Notes: generated by a model not told the origin, from the sequence alone. Counted from the stretch's first letter, positions 37,944 to 47,548 are shown. The stretch is 64,000 nt of DNA from a bacterium (GCA_037140955.1 JBAXDL010000005.1:12334-76333), one strand, 5' to 3'. A program made the numbers and translations.

Positions 37944-38627
37944 ATGGAGGGGATTATGAGGAAAAGAGATGGAATGTCGCTATGGAAGCTGATAGAATAT
38001 ACTCTTCAAATGTCTAATGTTTTAATTCATGAAAATGTTAGTCAGGAAAAACTCTCTAAAATAAGGGATCATTTTAACAGAAGGGAGTATGAAAAAGTTA
38101 TTATTGGACTAATGGAAACCATAGACTTGGAAACAAAAATACAGCTTGATTTTATGCCTGATAATTTTATTTTGGATGAATTGAAGAAGATGTCTGGCTA
38201 TGAATGGGCTTTGAAGTCAGCATCCATGATGGGCCTATCGTTTTCTGTTTTTTCCTACAAAAAACCGGCCTATGTTTTGGTTGGCGATGAGATGCCATGC
38301 TTTCGATCAAGAATTTTTCAAGAGCACGTCACACAAATGAGAATTGGCGAATCTGTAAAGTTTGAGTCCTTTGAAAGTTTTGTCACAATTGTCATGCACG
38401 AACTTATGCATATAGTTTTGTTTTCTCGTCAGCATCCACTGCGAAGAAATGAGCTGGCGACAGACATTGGCATTTTGCTGGCTGGATATGGAGATATTGC
38501 AAAGCTTGGAAGAATAGGGCAAAGTGCTAGATTTGGATATTTAAATTGTAAAGAATTTGCATTTGTTCATCGTCTGGTTGAATTGATTAAATTTTTTAAG
38601 CGCAAAAAAAAGATTAAAAATAACTAA
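37944..38627 (+). CDS. putative HExxH zinc metallopeptidase
   Basis: 'VMHELMHIV' HExxH motif; the start may instead be 37956. Confidence 0.55.
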   Translation: MEGIMRKRDGMSLWKLIEYTLQMSNVLIHENVSQEKLSKIRDHFNRREYEKVIIGLMETIDLETKIQLDFMPDNFILDELKKMSGYEWALKSASMMGLSFSVFSYKKPAYVLVGDEMPCFRSRIFQEHVTQMRIGESVKFESFESFVTIVMHELMHIVLFSRQHPLRRNELATDIGILLAGYGDIAKLGRIGQSARFGYLNCKEFAFVHRLVELIKFFKRKKKIKNN

Positions 38628-38636
38628 TAAAAAAAC

Positions 38637-38680
38637 AAAGGACTTATCTAAATAGATAAGTCCTTTTTGCTTTTTTAAAG
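38637..38680. terminator. bidirectional terminator between convergent genes
   Basis: aaaggacttatcta/tagataagtccttt perfect stem followed by ttgctttttt. Confidence 0.7.
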
Positions 38681-39100
38681 CTAGCTCAATCGCATGGAAA
38701 TGAGCCTTACTGGTCTTGTTTGATGAGTTGAATTGCCATAAAACTTGTGTTGAAAAATGAAATCTTCCCAGAAATCTGTTCCTTGCACATTTTTTTTGAT
38801 CAAATAACCGCCATTCTTGTCTCTGTATGTTGTTACGTTTATGTTCTCTATGATCTTAAAGTCTCCTCTTGTTGTTGTGCCTTCGGCATAGACAAGGCCT
38901 TCAATGCTAGTGTCATACTTCAGTGGAGTTTCTTCTGGAGCAAGAAAAGCAAAATAGAAAGGGAATTTCATGTCTTCATATTTTCCAAACACAATCACTT
39001 TCATACCTTTTTTGACATCTTGCACGCTCGGAAAGCCATTATTTTTTTTAATGTGCATGTTTTTCTCCTCCATGATTTGAGTTATGGCAATTTTTGCCAC
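38681..39100 (-). CDS. hypothetical protein
   Basis: 139-aa ORF. Confidence 0.45.
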   Translation of the reverse strand: MAKIAITQIMEEKNMHIKKNNGFPSVQDVKKGMKVIVFGKYEDMKFPFYFAFLAPEETPLKYDTSIEGLVYAEGTTTRGDFKIIENINVTTYRDKNGGYLIKKNVQGTDFWEDFIFQHKFYGNSTHQTRPVRLISMRLS

Positions 39101-39245
39101 TTGTTTGCTTGCATTATAATGTTTTTGTTTTTCAAAGTCAATTCTGGCTGATATTGCTTGAGTAATACAAAAAAGAAGCGTAGAATGTTAACATGTATTG
39201 GTATATTACATTAGATATTAAAATCTTAAACTAAAAAATATAAAC

Positions 39246-39809
39246 ATGAAAACACTTATTATTCTGGCTCATCCAAGCAAATATGGTTTTTCGCGGAGAA
39301 TAGCCAATGAATATGCTAAGGGCGCCAAAGAAAAAGGCATGGAGGTTGAAATTTTGGATTTATATCAAGATGAAAATAAGCAAGATTTTTTGATTTTTGA
39401 TGATATCAAAAGCGTGCCACCTGATCCAAGTGTCACAAGGATGCAAGAGAAAATAACAGCTGCAGATGAATTGGTTTTTGCTTTTCCTCTTTGGTGGTTT
39501 GCTGAGCCTGCAGTTTTAAAAAATTTTTGGGACAAAAACATGACAACTCATTATGCTTATCAATATGTTTCAGGCAAACCAGTCGGATTGCTTTTGGGAA
39601 AAACTGCCAGAGTTTTTGTTACTTCTGATGGATCAAAGATGATTCACTGGTTGCTTTTAAATCCAGTAAAAACAATTTGGTGGTTGGCCAGGTTGAGATT
39701 TTGCGGTATTCAGATGAAGTCTTTTGTACTTTTTGATGACATGTTCAAAAGAAGCGAAGCAAATAAGAGCAATCAGCTCAAGAAGGTTTTTGAGATTGCA
39801 AAAAATTAA
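39246..39809 (+). CDS. flavodoxin-like fold NAD(P)H-dependent oxidoreductase (FMN reductase / NQO-like)
   Basis: 'MKTLIILAHPSKYGFSRRIANEY' and 'FAFPLWWF' typical of the Flavodoxin_2 family. Confidence 0.75.
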   Translation: MKTLIILAHPSKYGFSRRIANEYAKGAKEKGMEVEILDLYQDENKQDFLIFDDIKSVPPDPSVTRMQEKITAADELVFAFPLWWFAEPAVLKNFWDKNMTTHYAYQYVSGKPVGLLLGKTARVFVTSDGSKMIHWLLLNPVKTIWWLARLRFCGIQMKSFVLFDDMFKRSEANKSNQLKKVFEIAKN

Positions 39810-39863
39810 TTAATTTTTTTTGATGATGATAGTTTGACTTATTGTTGCGAATTTTTAAAATAT

Positions 39864-39941
39864 TTATGCGGATATTGTTTTTTTGCGGCTTCCGTGTGAA
39901 CAAAGTGAACGAAAGGCAAGTAAAAAAACAATATCTGCATA
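39864..39941 (+). repeat. intergenic structured repeat element, copy 1 (terminal inverted repeats and conserved core)
   Basis: ttatgcggatattgttttttt | gcggcttccgtgtgaacaaagtgaacgaaaggcaagt | aaaaaaacaatatctgcataa. Confidence 0.8.
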
Positions 39942-39973
39942 AAATGAAGTTGTATAATTGATAAAATTTTAGT

Positions 39974-40573
39974 ATGGATTCAAAAATAAAAAAGATTTTA
40001 GTGAAAATTGATGAGCTTAATGACGCATTGAAAAAGGAACATCTGCGCGTGGCTGAAAAATATGGCTTTTTTGTTAAAAAGAAAAAAGTTATTTTTTTGG
40101 AGAAAATTCGTAAACAAAACAAACGTTTTCGCATGCCAGCCTGGAAATATGCTGTTCCAAAAAGCATCAGACATATTGCTTCAATGCCTTTTATATATTC
40201 CATGTTGATCCCTGCTGTTATTTTGGATGTTTTCATTACGATATATCAGTTTTTTGCTTTCCCTTTATATGGAATTCCAAAAGTAAAAAGATCAGAATAC
40301 TTTGTCTATGATCGAAGATTTCTTGATTATTTGAATGTTATTCAAAAAGTTCACTGCGTGTATTGCACCTATGTGAATGGGCTTTTTGCTTATGCTGTGG
40401 AAATTGGAGCTAGAACTGAGAGGTATTGGTGTCCAATCAAAGCTGCTAGCAAACCAAAGGCATATCATGGTTGGTACAAAGAATTTGCTGACTATGGTGA
40501 TCCAGAAGAATGGACTTGCAAATTCAACGATCATGAGGCTTTTGCTGATACTGTTAAGAAAAAGGTAAAATAA
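39974..40573 (+). CDS. hypothetical membrane protein with CxxC...CP motifs
   Basis: 199 aa with a central hydrophobic segment; 'HCVYCTY...YWCPIK'. Confidence 0.45.
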   Translation: MDSKIKKILVKIDELNDALKKEHLRVAEKYGFFVKKKKVIFLEKIRKQNKRFRMPAWKYAVPKSIRHIASMPFIYSMLIPAVILDVFITIYQFFAFPLYGIPKVKRSEYFVYDRRFLDYLNVIQKVHCVYCTYVNGLFAYAVEIGARTERYWCPIKAASKPKAYHGWYKEFADYGDPEEWTCKFNDHEAFADTVKKKVK

Positions 40574-40580
40574 ACAAACA

Positions 40581-42098
40581 ATGAATCAACTTGTTATTAG
40601 AAAATTAAAAGAGTGGCGCGCGCAGATTGCAAGTCGAGATAATCTTGAGCTTTTTCGTGTTATTCCAAACAAAACAATTGATGATCTTGGTGAACTTTTG
40701 CCAATCAACAAAGAAGAACTCCTTGCAATTAAGGGCATTAAGGATAAAAAATTTGAAAAATATGGCAGACAGATTCTGGCTATCATTAATGAAACAATTG
40801 CCAATGAAAATGCGCCAATTGTGCCGGCTGTGGAGGTTGAAGATGGAAACAAGAGAAATGAAAAAATATATTCAGTTAGTTCATATTTAGATAGGATTAA
40901 TGATGATATTGCAAGAATCAGTGCTGGAATTTGTGGTGAGGTTTCAAGTGTGAGCTTCAAGGGGCATTTGTATTTTTCTTTGAAGGACAAAAATGATGGA
41001 AGCGTGCTGTCATGTTTTATGTGGGCAAGGGATTATGAAAACAGTGGCATCGAGATGCGCGAAGGCGAGGAGCTTATTATTCATGGTTTTCCTGAGATCT
41101 ATAAGCCAAATGGAAAATTCACGTTTAGAACCAGTGCCATTGAGTTGGTTGGTGAGGGAGCGCTCAAAAATGCTTATGAAGAATTGAAAAGAAAATTGTC
41201 AGCAGAAGGATTGTTTGATGAAGCAGTAAAAAAGCCAATGCCTGATTTTCCTTCGCGCATCGGCTTGATAACCTCCAGAGATGGCGCAGTTACTAATGAT
41301 TTTTTGAACAATATTGGCAGGTTTGGATATCAAATAAAATTCGTTAATTCTAGGGTTGAAGGTGCTATGGCTGTTGGCGACTTGATTGGTGCGGTGGAAT
41401 ATTTCAAAGACAAGGACATTGATTTGTTGGTTATTATTCGAGGAGGTGGCAGTTTGGAGAGCCTGCAGGCTTTTAATAATGAAATTTTGGTTCGCAAAAT
41501 TGCAGATTTGGACGTGCCCGTGATTTGTGGCATTGGACATGACAAGGATGTTCCGCTTTTGTCTTATGTTGCAGATTTAGCAGTTTCAACACCATCGATT
41601 GTAGCCAAGGAGCTTAATCGCAGTTGGGAAAAGGCTGTCGACAGACTTGATTATCACGAATTGAATATTCTAAATACTTTTGATGCAGTCCTTAAAAAAT
41701 CAGAGCGAAAATTGGAAAACAGTGTGATTGAAATTAAAGATTTTTATCAAGCTATCTTTCGAAAATTTGATTTTTATCATCAGGCGCTTGTAAATATTAT
41801 TGGCAATGTTAGTTATCTTATTAAAAAAGATCTTGAAATGGTGGAAAAAATTCCTCAGAAATTGCTGGTTGATTTTGGTAGATTGATTTTTTCGACCAAC
41901 AAATCACTTGATAATTATGAAAAGTCTTTAAGGCAGAATAATCCAGAACGCCAACTTGCCTTGGGATATAGTATTATCAGTGTTGATGGTAAAATTGTGA
42001 AATCAATCAGTGAAATTTCTGTTGGCTGTGAAATTGTCAACAAAATGAGCGATGGTCAAATAATTTCAATTGTAAAAAAGGTGGATAAAAAGAATTAA
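40581..42098 (+). CDS. xseA: exodeoxyribonuclease VII large subunit with N-terminal HhH-type extension
   Basis: OB-fold, then 'IIRGGGSLESLQAFNNE', 'CGIGHDKDVPL'. Confidence 0.85.
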   Translation: MNQLVIRKLKEWRAQIASRDNLELFRVIPNKTIDDLGELLPINKEELLAIKGIKDKKFEKYGRQILAIINETIANENAPIVPAVEVEDGNKRNEKIYSVSSYLDRINDDIARISAGICGEVSSVSFKGHLYFSLKDKNDGSVLSCFMWARDYENSGIEMREGEELIIHGFPEIYKPNGKFTFRTSAIELVGEGALKNAYEELKRKLSAEGLFDEAVKKPMPDFPSRIGLITSRDGAVTNDFLNNIGRFGYQIKFVNSRVEGAMAVGDLIGAVEYFKDKDIDLLVIIRGGGSLESLQAFNNEILVRKIADLDVPVICGIGHDKDVPLLSYVADLAVSTPSIVAKELNRSWEKAVDRLDYHELNILNTFDAVLKKSERKLENSVIEIKDFYQAIFRKFDFYHQALVNIIGNVSYLIKKDLEMVEKIPQKLLVDFGRLIFSTNKSLDNYEKSLRQNNPERQLALGYSIISVDGKIVKSISEISVGCEIVNKMSDGQIISIVKKVDKKN

Positions 42099-42124
42099 AA
42101 AAGTGAGAATATGTTGTTGCTAAA

Positions 42125-42208
42125 TTTTCATACTGATATTGTTTTTTTGTGGCTTCCGTATGAGCGCAGTGAATGAAAGGCAAGTAAAAAATAATATCAG
42201 TATGAAAA
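42125..42208 (+). repeat. intergenic structured repeat element, copy 2 (between xseA and xseB)
   Basis: ttttcatactgatattgttttttt | gtggcttccgtatgagcgcagtgaatgaaaggcaagt | aaaaaataatatcagtatgaaaa. Confidence 0.8.
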
Positions 42209-42243
42209 TTAAAAAATTAAATTCATAAGCTCTAAAAAAATAT

Positions 42244-42450
42244 ATGGAAAGTTCAAATTTGTCAGAATCATTAAAAAAATTGGAAGAAATTACTCAATGG
42301 TTTTCAAATCAACAAGATGTTGATGTGGAACAGGGACTTGAAAAGGTCAAGGAAGGAGTCAGGCTTGTCAAAGAAAGTCGTGCCAGATTGCAAGAGGTTG
42401 AAAATGAGTTCCAAGATGTGAAAAAAGACCTTGAAGCTGGCCTGGAATAG
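42244..42450 (+). CDS. xseB: exodeoxyribonuclease VII small subunit
   Basis: 68-aa helical protein 'LEEITQWFSNQQDVDVEQGLEKVKEGVRL' matches XseB. Confidence 0.8.
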   Translation: MESSNLSESLKKLEEITQWFSNQQDVDVEQGLEKVKEGVRLVKESRARLQEVENEFQDVKKDLEAGLE

Positions 42451-42503
42451 CTTTTATTTTGCATGTTTACAAGGCTTGCTAGCAATGCTATTATTTAGTG
42501 ACT

Positions 42504-43601
42504 ATGAGCACCAATAAGCCAAAAAAACGGGTAATTGTGGGCATGAGTGCCGGAGTTGATTCTTCTGTGGCTGCAGCACTATTGAAAGAACAAGGATATG
42601 ATGTCGTTGGTGTTTTTCTGCATTTTTGGAAAGAACCAGGTCAGAGTTCATTGATTGAAAACAAATGTTGCTCAATTGAGTCTCAGCAAGATGCCAGAAA
42701 AATTGCTCAAATTTTAGATATTCCACTCTATACAGTCAATGCTGCAAAGGAATTTAAGAAGGAAATTGTGGATTATTTTCTGGAAGAAATCAAGGCCGGA
42801 AGAACTCCAAATCCATGTGTGGTTTGTAATGAAAAGATTAAATTCAATTTTTTGTTTAAAAAAATGCTAGAAATGGATGCTGATTTTGTGGCAACTGGTC
42901 ATTATGCTAAATTGCAAAAAGTTGGAGATAAATTTCATTTGTACATTCCAACTGACAAAGAAAAAGATCAGACATATTTTTTGCACACGCTTGGTGAAAA
43001 ACAGCTTGCAAGAATCTTGTTTCCTCTGGGCGAGCTCAAAAAACCCGATGTCCGCAGAATGGCTGAAAAATTGAAATTGCCTGTTTTTGATAAGGAAGAT
43101 TCGCAAGGTCTTTGTTTTACTTCCGAAAAAACTCCTAATGAATTTTTGAAGCGTAATTTGAAATTGTCTGCTGGTGACATTGTTACAACTGAAGGTAAAA
43201 AAATTGGCACGCATTCTGGTTTGGAGCTGTATACTATTGGGCAGCGAAAAGGCGTGAACATTGGTGGTGATGGGCCATATTTTGTGGTTCAGCGAGATTT
43301 TGGCAATAATGTTTTGGTGGTCACGAACGACACTGTAAATGAAAAGATTTTCAAGAAAAATATGTCAGTGCAAATAAAGAATTGGTTGGGAGCTGAAATT
43401 GTTACTCCCTTGGAGCTTAATATTAAAATACGTTATAGACATCAAGCTGTGCGTGGTATAATCAAAAGTAGCAAGAAGAATAATGAAGGTTTGCTGATTG
43501 AGGTTGATTTTATTGAAGCGCAAAAAGCTGTTACCCCTGGCCAATCTGCAGTTTTTTATTCAGACAGTGAAGAGCTTTTGGGTGGTGGAGTTATTATCTA
43601 G
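42504..43601 (+). CDS. mnmA: tRNA-specific 2-thiouridylase
   Basis: PP-loop 'VGMSAGVDSSVAA', catalytic cysteines, 'YFLHTL'. Confidence 0.9.
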   Translation: MSTNKPKKRVIVGMSAGVDSSVAAALLKEQGYDVVGVFLHFWKEPGQSSLIENKCCSIESQQDARKIAQILDIPLYTVNAAKEFKKEIVDYFLEEIKAGRTPNPCVVCNEKIKFNFLFKKMLEMDADFVATGHYAKLQKVGDKFHLYIPTDKEKDQTYFLHTLGEKQLARILFPLGELKKPDVRRMAEKLKLPVFDKEDSQGLCFTSEKTPNEFLKRNLKLSAGDIVTTEGKKIGTHSGLELYTIGQRKGVNIGGDGPYFVVQRDFGNNVLVVTNDTVNEKIFKKNMSVQIKNWLGAEIVTPLELNIKIRYRHQAVRGIIKSSKKNNEGLLIEVDFIEAQKAVTPGQSAVFYSDSEELLGGGVII

Positions 43602-43764
43602 CGTAACGAGTGAAATGATTTGTCAGCAGACAAGCATTTCCGAGTGAGCGACGATACTAAAAGGTTTAATGCCCCGAGGCTTGCCTCGAAGACCCAATGG
43701 GTTCAGGGCTTGCCCTGGGGTATATGCCTTTTATTGTTTAATAAATTTTTTAAAATAAAAAAAT
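43602..43764 (+). other. GC-rich structured intergenic segment: candidate compound terminator or small RNA
   Basis: three short hairpins (cgagg-cttg-cctcg, accc-aat-gggt, caggg-cttg-ccctg) closed by atgccc/gggtat, then gccttttatt. Confidence 0.3.
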
Positions 43765-44022
43765 ATGGATGTTGATCACACGCTTGAACTTCGAAAAAGA
43801 CATATGCAAAATGAATTGATCTTGAAAGATTCCGACAATAGAAAAAATGAACGTGACATGCAGACAGCCGAGCTTGGAATAAAGGATGTTAAGCACAAGA
43901 TTCTACAGTTGCAAAATGATTTGGTGGTCAAGGAACTTGCTATGAAAAAATTAGGTGAAAAGAAAATTCAACTTCAGGCAGAAATGATTAAGCTTAAACA
44001 TCAAATTGCAAATCCTAATTAA
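43765..44022 (+). CDS. small coiled-coil hypothetical protein
   Basis: 85-aa ORF with heptad-like Leu spacing. Confidence 0.45.
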   Translation: MDVDHTLELRKRHMQNELILKDSDNRKNERDMQTAELGIKDVKHKILQLQNDLVVKELAMKKLGEKKIQLQAEMIKLKHQIANPN

Positions 44023-44048
44023 GTTTTTGAATATATTTTTCTGGTTTC

Positions 44049-44120
44049 ATGTAGATATTGTTTTTGCGGTTTACATGTGAACGCAGTGAGTGAAAGGTAA
44101 GCAAAAAAATAATTTAGCAT
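44049..44120 (+). repeat. intergenic structured repeat element, copy 3 (degenerate arms)
   Basis: atgtagatattgttttt | gcggtttacatgtgaacgcagtgagtgaaaggtaagc | aaaaaaataatttagcat. Confidence 0.65.
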
Positions 44121-44163
44121 AAAAAAGTTAATTTTATACGCTTTATAATTTATAAATAAATTT

Positions 44164-45993
44164 ATGACAGCAAACGAACTGCGCACAAAATATTTGGATT
44201 TTTTTCGCTCAAAGGGTCACACTATAATTCCGTCAGCATCTTTGCTTCCTCGCGAAACAGATGCTTCAACATTGTTTACCACTGCTGGTATGCATCCATT
44301 GGTACCATATCTTCTGGGTGAGCAACATCCTGGTGGTAAGCGTGTGGCAAATGTGCAAAAGTGTGTGCGCACTGGTGACATTGATGATGTGGGCGACAAT
44401 CGTCATTGCACTTTTTTTGAAATGATGGGGAACTGGAGTTTTGGGGATTATTTTAAAAAAGAAGCTATTGCTTGGAGTTTTGAATTTTTGACTGACCCAA
44501 AATGGCTAGGACTTGATCCAAAGAGATTGTATGTCACTGTTTTTAAAGGTGAAGATGGAATTCCGCGCGACCAGGAAGCTATTGAGTTTTGGAAAAAAAC
44601 TTTTCATGATGCGCATATTTATGCTGGAATTGCAGGTGAAGACGAAATGGTTGCAGATGAGATCAGAATAGTCCCGCTTGGAAAAGATGATAATTTTTGG
44701 ATTGCTGGTGCAACTGGTCCTTGTGGGGGAGATACTGAGATTTTTTATGACATGCGTCCGGAGGAGGGAGAGTTGAATGGAAAATTTGGCGACCTGGTTG
44801 ATAGTTTTAGGATTATGGAGGTTTGGAATAATGTTTTCATGGAATTTAACAAAACTGCTAAAGGAAAATATGAAAAATTGCCAAAGCCAAATGTTGACAC
44901 CGGCATGGGTGTGGAGCGAACACTGGCTGTGCTTGCTGGTGAATATACAATTTTTGAAACTGAATTGTTTGCTCAAATTTTTGAAAAAATAACAGAAATT
45001 TCAGATTGCGGATATCGTGACAATCTGGAAACAGAAAAAGCTTTCCGCATCATTGCCGATCATGTTCGCGCGAGTGTTTTCATGTTGGCTGATGGGGTGA
45101 CACCAATAAACACTGGTGCGGGATATGTTTTGAGGCGCTTGATTCGTCGCGCAGTGCGCTATGGAAAATTGATTGGTTTGGAAAAAGATTTTACTGTTGC
45201 TGTTGCGGAGGTTGTGATTCAAAAATTTGGTGATTTTTATCCTGAATTAAAAAAGAAACGCGAAAATATTTTTGCTGAACTGAAAAAGGAGGAGGAGAAA
45301 TTTCGAAAAACCCTGGAAAATGGACTCAGACAATTCAACAAGCTTTCTGTCGCAACAATCTCAGGAAAAGATGCTTTTGATTTGTATCAAACTTATGGAT
45401 TTCCATTAGAGCTTACTGTTGAGCTTGCCAAGGAAAAGGGCGTGGTTGTTGACCAGCAGGAAGCTGACAAGGAAATGAAAAAGCATCAAGAACTTTCTCG
45501 TACGGCATCGGCTGGCATGTTCAAGGGTGGCCTTGCTGATTCTGGCCAGGAAACGGCCAGATTGCACACAGCAGCTCATCTTTTGCTTGCTTCACTTCGT
45601 CAAGTTTTGGGAAATGAGGTTTTTCAAAAAGGTTCCAACATCACACCAGAGCGATTGAGGCTTGATTTTTCGTATGGACAAAAAATGACGCCAGAACAAT
45701 TGGTTAAAGTTGAAAGTCTTGTTAATGCCGCTATAGAGGCCAATTTGGATGTTGCAAATGAAGAAATGACTCTCGAAAGAGCGAGAGAAATTAATGCCAT
45801 GGGTGTTTTTGAGGCTAAGTATGGGGAAAAAGTCACAGTTTACTCTATCGTTAATGATGGAGGTGAGATTGTCAGTCGTGAGATTTGTGGTGGTCCACAC
45901 GCCAAAAATACGGCTGAATTGGGACATCTTAAGATCGCAAAAGAAGAAGCTTCTTCAGCTGGAGTGAGAAGAATAAAGGCAATTCTTGAATAA
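44164..45993 (+). CDS. alaS: alanine--tRNA ligase, short form lacking the C-Ala/DHHA1 domain
   Basis: class II catalytic core, 'HTAAHLL' and 'CGGPH' editing motifs; ends after the editing domain at 609 aa. Confidence 0.9.
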   Translation: MTANELRTKYLDFFRSKGHTIIPSASLLPRETDASTLFTTAGMHPLVPYLLGEQHPGGKRVANVQKCVRTGDIDDVGDNRHCTFFEMMGNWSFGDYFKKEAIAWSFEFLTDPKWLGLDPKRLYVTVFKGEDGIPRDQEAIEFWKKTFHDAHIYAGIAGEDEMVADEIRIVPLGKDDNFWIAGATGPCGGDTEIFYDMRPEEGELNGKFGDLVDSFRIMEVWNNVFMEFNKTAKGKYEKLPKPNVDTGMGVERTLAVLAGEYTIFETELFAQIFEKITEISDCGYRDNLETEKAFRIIADHVRASVFMLADGVTPINTGAGYVLRRLIRRAVRYGKLIGLEKDFTVAVAEVVIQKFGDFYPELKKKRENIFAELKKEEEKFRKTLENGLRQFNKLSVATISGKDAFDLYQTYGFPLELTVELAKEKGVVVDQQEADKEMKKHQELSRTASAGMFKGGLADSGQETARLHTAAHLLLASLRQVLGNEVFQKGSNITPERLRLDFSYGQKMTPEQLVKVESLVNAAIEANLDVANEEMTLERAREINAMGVFEAKYGEKVTVYSIVNDGGEIVSREICGGPHAKNTAELGHLKIAKEEASSAGVRRIKAILE

Positions 45994-46055
45994 TCATTGA
46001 CATTTTTCCTTTGTTTGGGTATACTTATTTAGTAACAATTATCTTATATACGATC

Positions 46056-46364
46056 ATGTTGGCAATTATTAAAACAGGTGGAAAGCAATACAAAGTGGCT
46101 GTTGGAGACAAAATCAAGATTGAAAAGCTTGAAGGAGAGGCTGGATCAGTTATTTCTTTTGATGAAGTGCTTTTTATTGGTGATGAAAAGGATGCAAAAA
46201 TTGGAACTCCTTTTATTGCTGGTGCTAAAGTTGAAGGAACATTGATTGAACAAGGACGTCACAAAAAAGTTTGGGGAATCAAGCACAAAGCAAAAAAGCG
46301 CTATAAAGTAAAATTTGGTCACAAGCAACTTTATACTGAAGTTGAAATCACAAAAATTGCCTAA
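46056..46364 (+). CDS. rplU: 50S ribosomal protein L21
   Basis: 'MLAIIKTGGKQYKV' canonical L21 N-terminus; start moved to the internal ATG (track ORF begins at 46011). Confidence 0.85.
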   Translation: MLAIIKTGGKQYKVAVGDKIKIEKLEGEAGSVISFDEVLFIGDEKDAKIGTPFIAGAKVEGTLIEQGRHKKVWGIKHKAKKRYKVKFGHKQLYTEVEITKIA

Positions 46365-46379
46365 TCTGAAATCCTTTAA

Positions 46380-46409
46380 AAACACTCAGAGAAATCTGAG
46401 TGTTTTTTT
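46380..46409 (+). terminator. rho-independent terminator after rplU
   Basis: aacactcaga/tctgagtgtt stem followed by a T7 run. Confidence 0.7.
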
Positions 46410-46414
46410 GATAT

Positions 46415-46460
46415 TTTTTATAAAAATAAAGCTGCCTATTGAATTTTCAATAGGCAGCTT
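46415..46460 (-). terminator. rho-independent terminator for the minus-strand block
   Basis: aagctgcctattgaa/ttcaataggcagctt stem followed on the minus strand by tatttttat. Confidence 0.6.
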
Positions 46461-46469
46461 GAGTGTCTT

Positions 46470-46910
46470 TTAGGGAATAGATAATCCTTGAAAGCTTAAT
46501 TCTGCAATCATTGTTCCATCTGATTTTTTTATGTCAGATTCGAAAAAATAAAACCCTCTTTTATGATTGATAAGTTTTGTAAATGCTACTACTGTGTCGC
46601 CATTGTGAACTGATTTTTTCATTTTGAATTCAACCCGTGACATGAATGGGCGTCCCGTGATTTTCATGTCATAGGCAATGATAAATCCAAGTTGTTGTGC
46701 CATTTCAATAAGCATTACGCCAGGAAAAGCATGTGGATGCCACTGCATGAAAGGATTACTGTCGCTAATATGCATTGTTGCACTTGCACTTGGTTTGCCG
46801 AGATGATTTAGTAGGAAAACCTCTCTGAGCATCAAAAACGGACCGGAATATGTTTTTGACATAATGTTGGCAACCTGCGATTGATTGAGCGATCTCATTT
46901 CTCTGTGCAT
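46470..46910 (-). CDS. FabZ/FabA-like hotdog-fold dehydratase
   Basis: 'HFPGVMLIEMAQQLG' matches the FabZ catalytic region. Confidence 0.65.
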   Translation of the reverse strand: MHREMRSLNQSQVANIMSKTYSGPFLMLREVFLLNHLGKPSASATMHISDSNPFMQWHPHAFPGVMLIEMAQQLGFIIAYDMKITGRPFMSRVEFKMKKSVHNGDTVVAFTKLINHKRGFYFFESDIKKSDGTMIAELSFQGLSIP

Positions 46911-46960
46911 GGGTGATACCTCCTTTTGGTTGGGCTAATTTTATTGTCAAAGAAATGTTA

Positions 46961-47548
46961 TTATAGCAAGACCTTCCTGTTTGTCAATGCCTCAGAAAGG
47001 GTCAACTCATCAGCGTATTCAAGGTCTGCCCCAGTTGAAAGTCCGCGCCCAAGGCGAGTTATTTTGATGTTTAAAGGTTGAATTTTTCTTTTTAAATATA
47101 GTGCAGTCGCATCTCCTTCAGTGGTTGGGTTGGTAGCTAAAATAACTTCAGTGATTTGTTCGTTTTCAATGCGGCTAATAAGTTCAGGAATTCGCAATTC
47201 TGCTCCTGGATTTCCAACTTGAATGACACCACCAAGAACGTGGTACAATCCAGTATATATCTTTGTTCTTTCGAGTGAAATAATGTCGAGTGGCTCCTCA
47301 ACAACACAGACTGAATGTTGGTCGCGAGTATGATCTTTGCAATATTGGCATAATTCACTTTCTGCAATATTAAAACACTTCTTGCAAACTTTCATGTTTT
47401 TTATTTCCAAAAGGTTTTCTGCAAAGTCACGAATTTTTTCAATATCTTGCTTAAAAAGAAATAGCACAAGACGTTCGGCCATTTTTGGCCCAACTGAAGG
47501 GAGAGAAGAGAGGTTTTTTATTAATTTTTGGAATGCTTTTGGATACAT
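46961..47548 (-). CDS. recR: recombination protein RecR
   Basis: HhH 'LPSVGPKMAERL', C4 zinc finger, Toprim domain. Confidence 0.9.
   Translation of the reverse strand: MYPKAFQKLIKNLSSLPSVGPKMAERLVLFLFKQDIEKIRDFAENLLEIKNMKVCKKCFNIAESELCQYCKDHTRDQHSVCVVEEPLDIISLERTKIYTGLYHVLGGVIQVGNPGAELRIPELISRIENEQITEVILATNPTTEGDATALYLKRKIQPLNIKITRLGRGLSTGADLEYADELTLSEALTNRKVLL

Noticed and set aside
43690-43730. 'gggttcaggg' resembling a tRNA T-arm
   Set aside because: Surrounding sequence does not give a 7-bp acceptor stem or an anticodon arm; the overall foldable unit is only about 56 nt.
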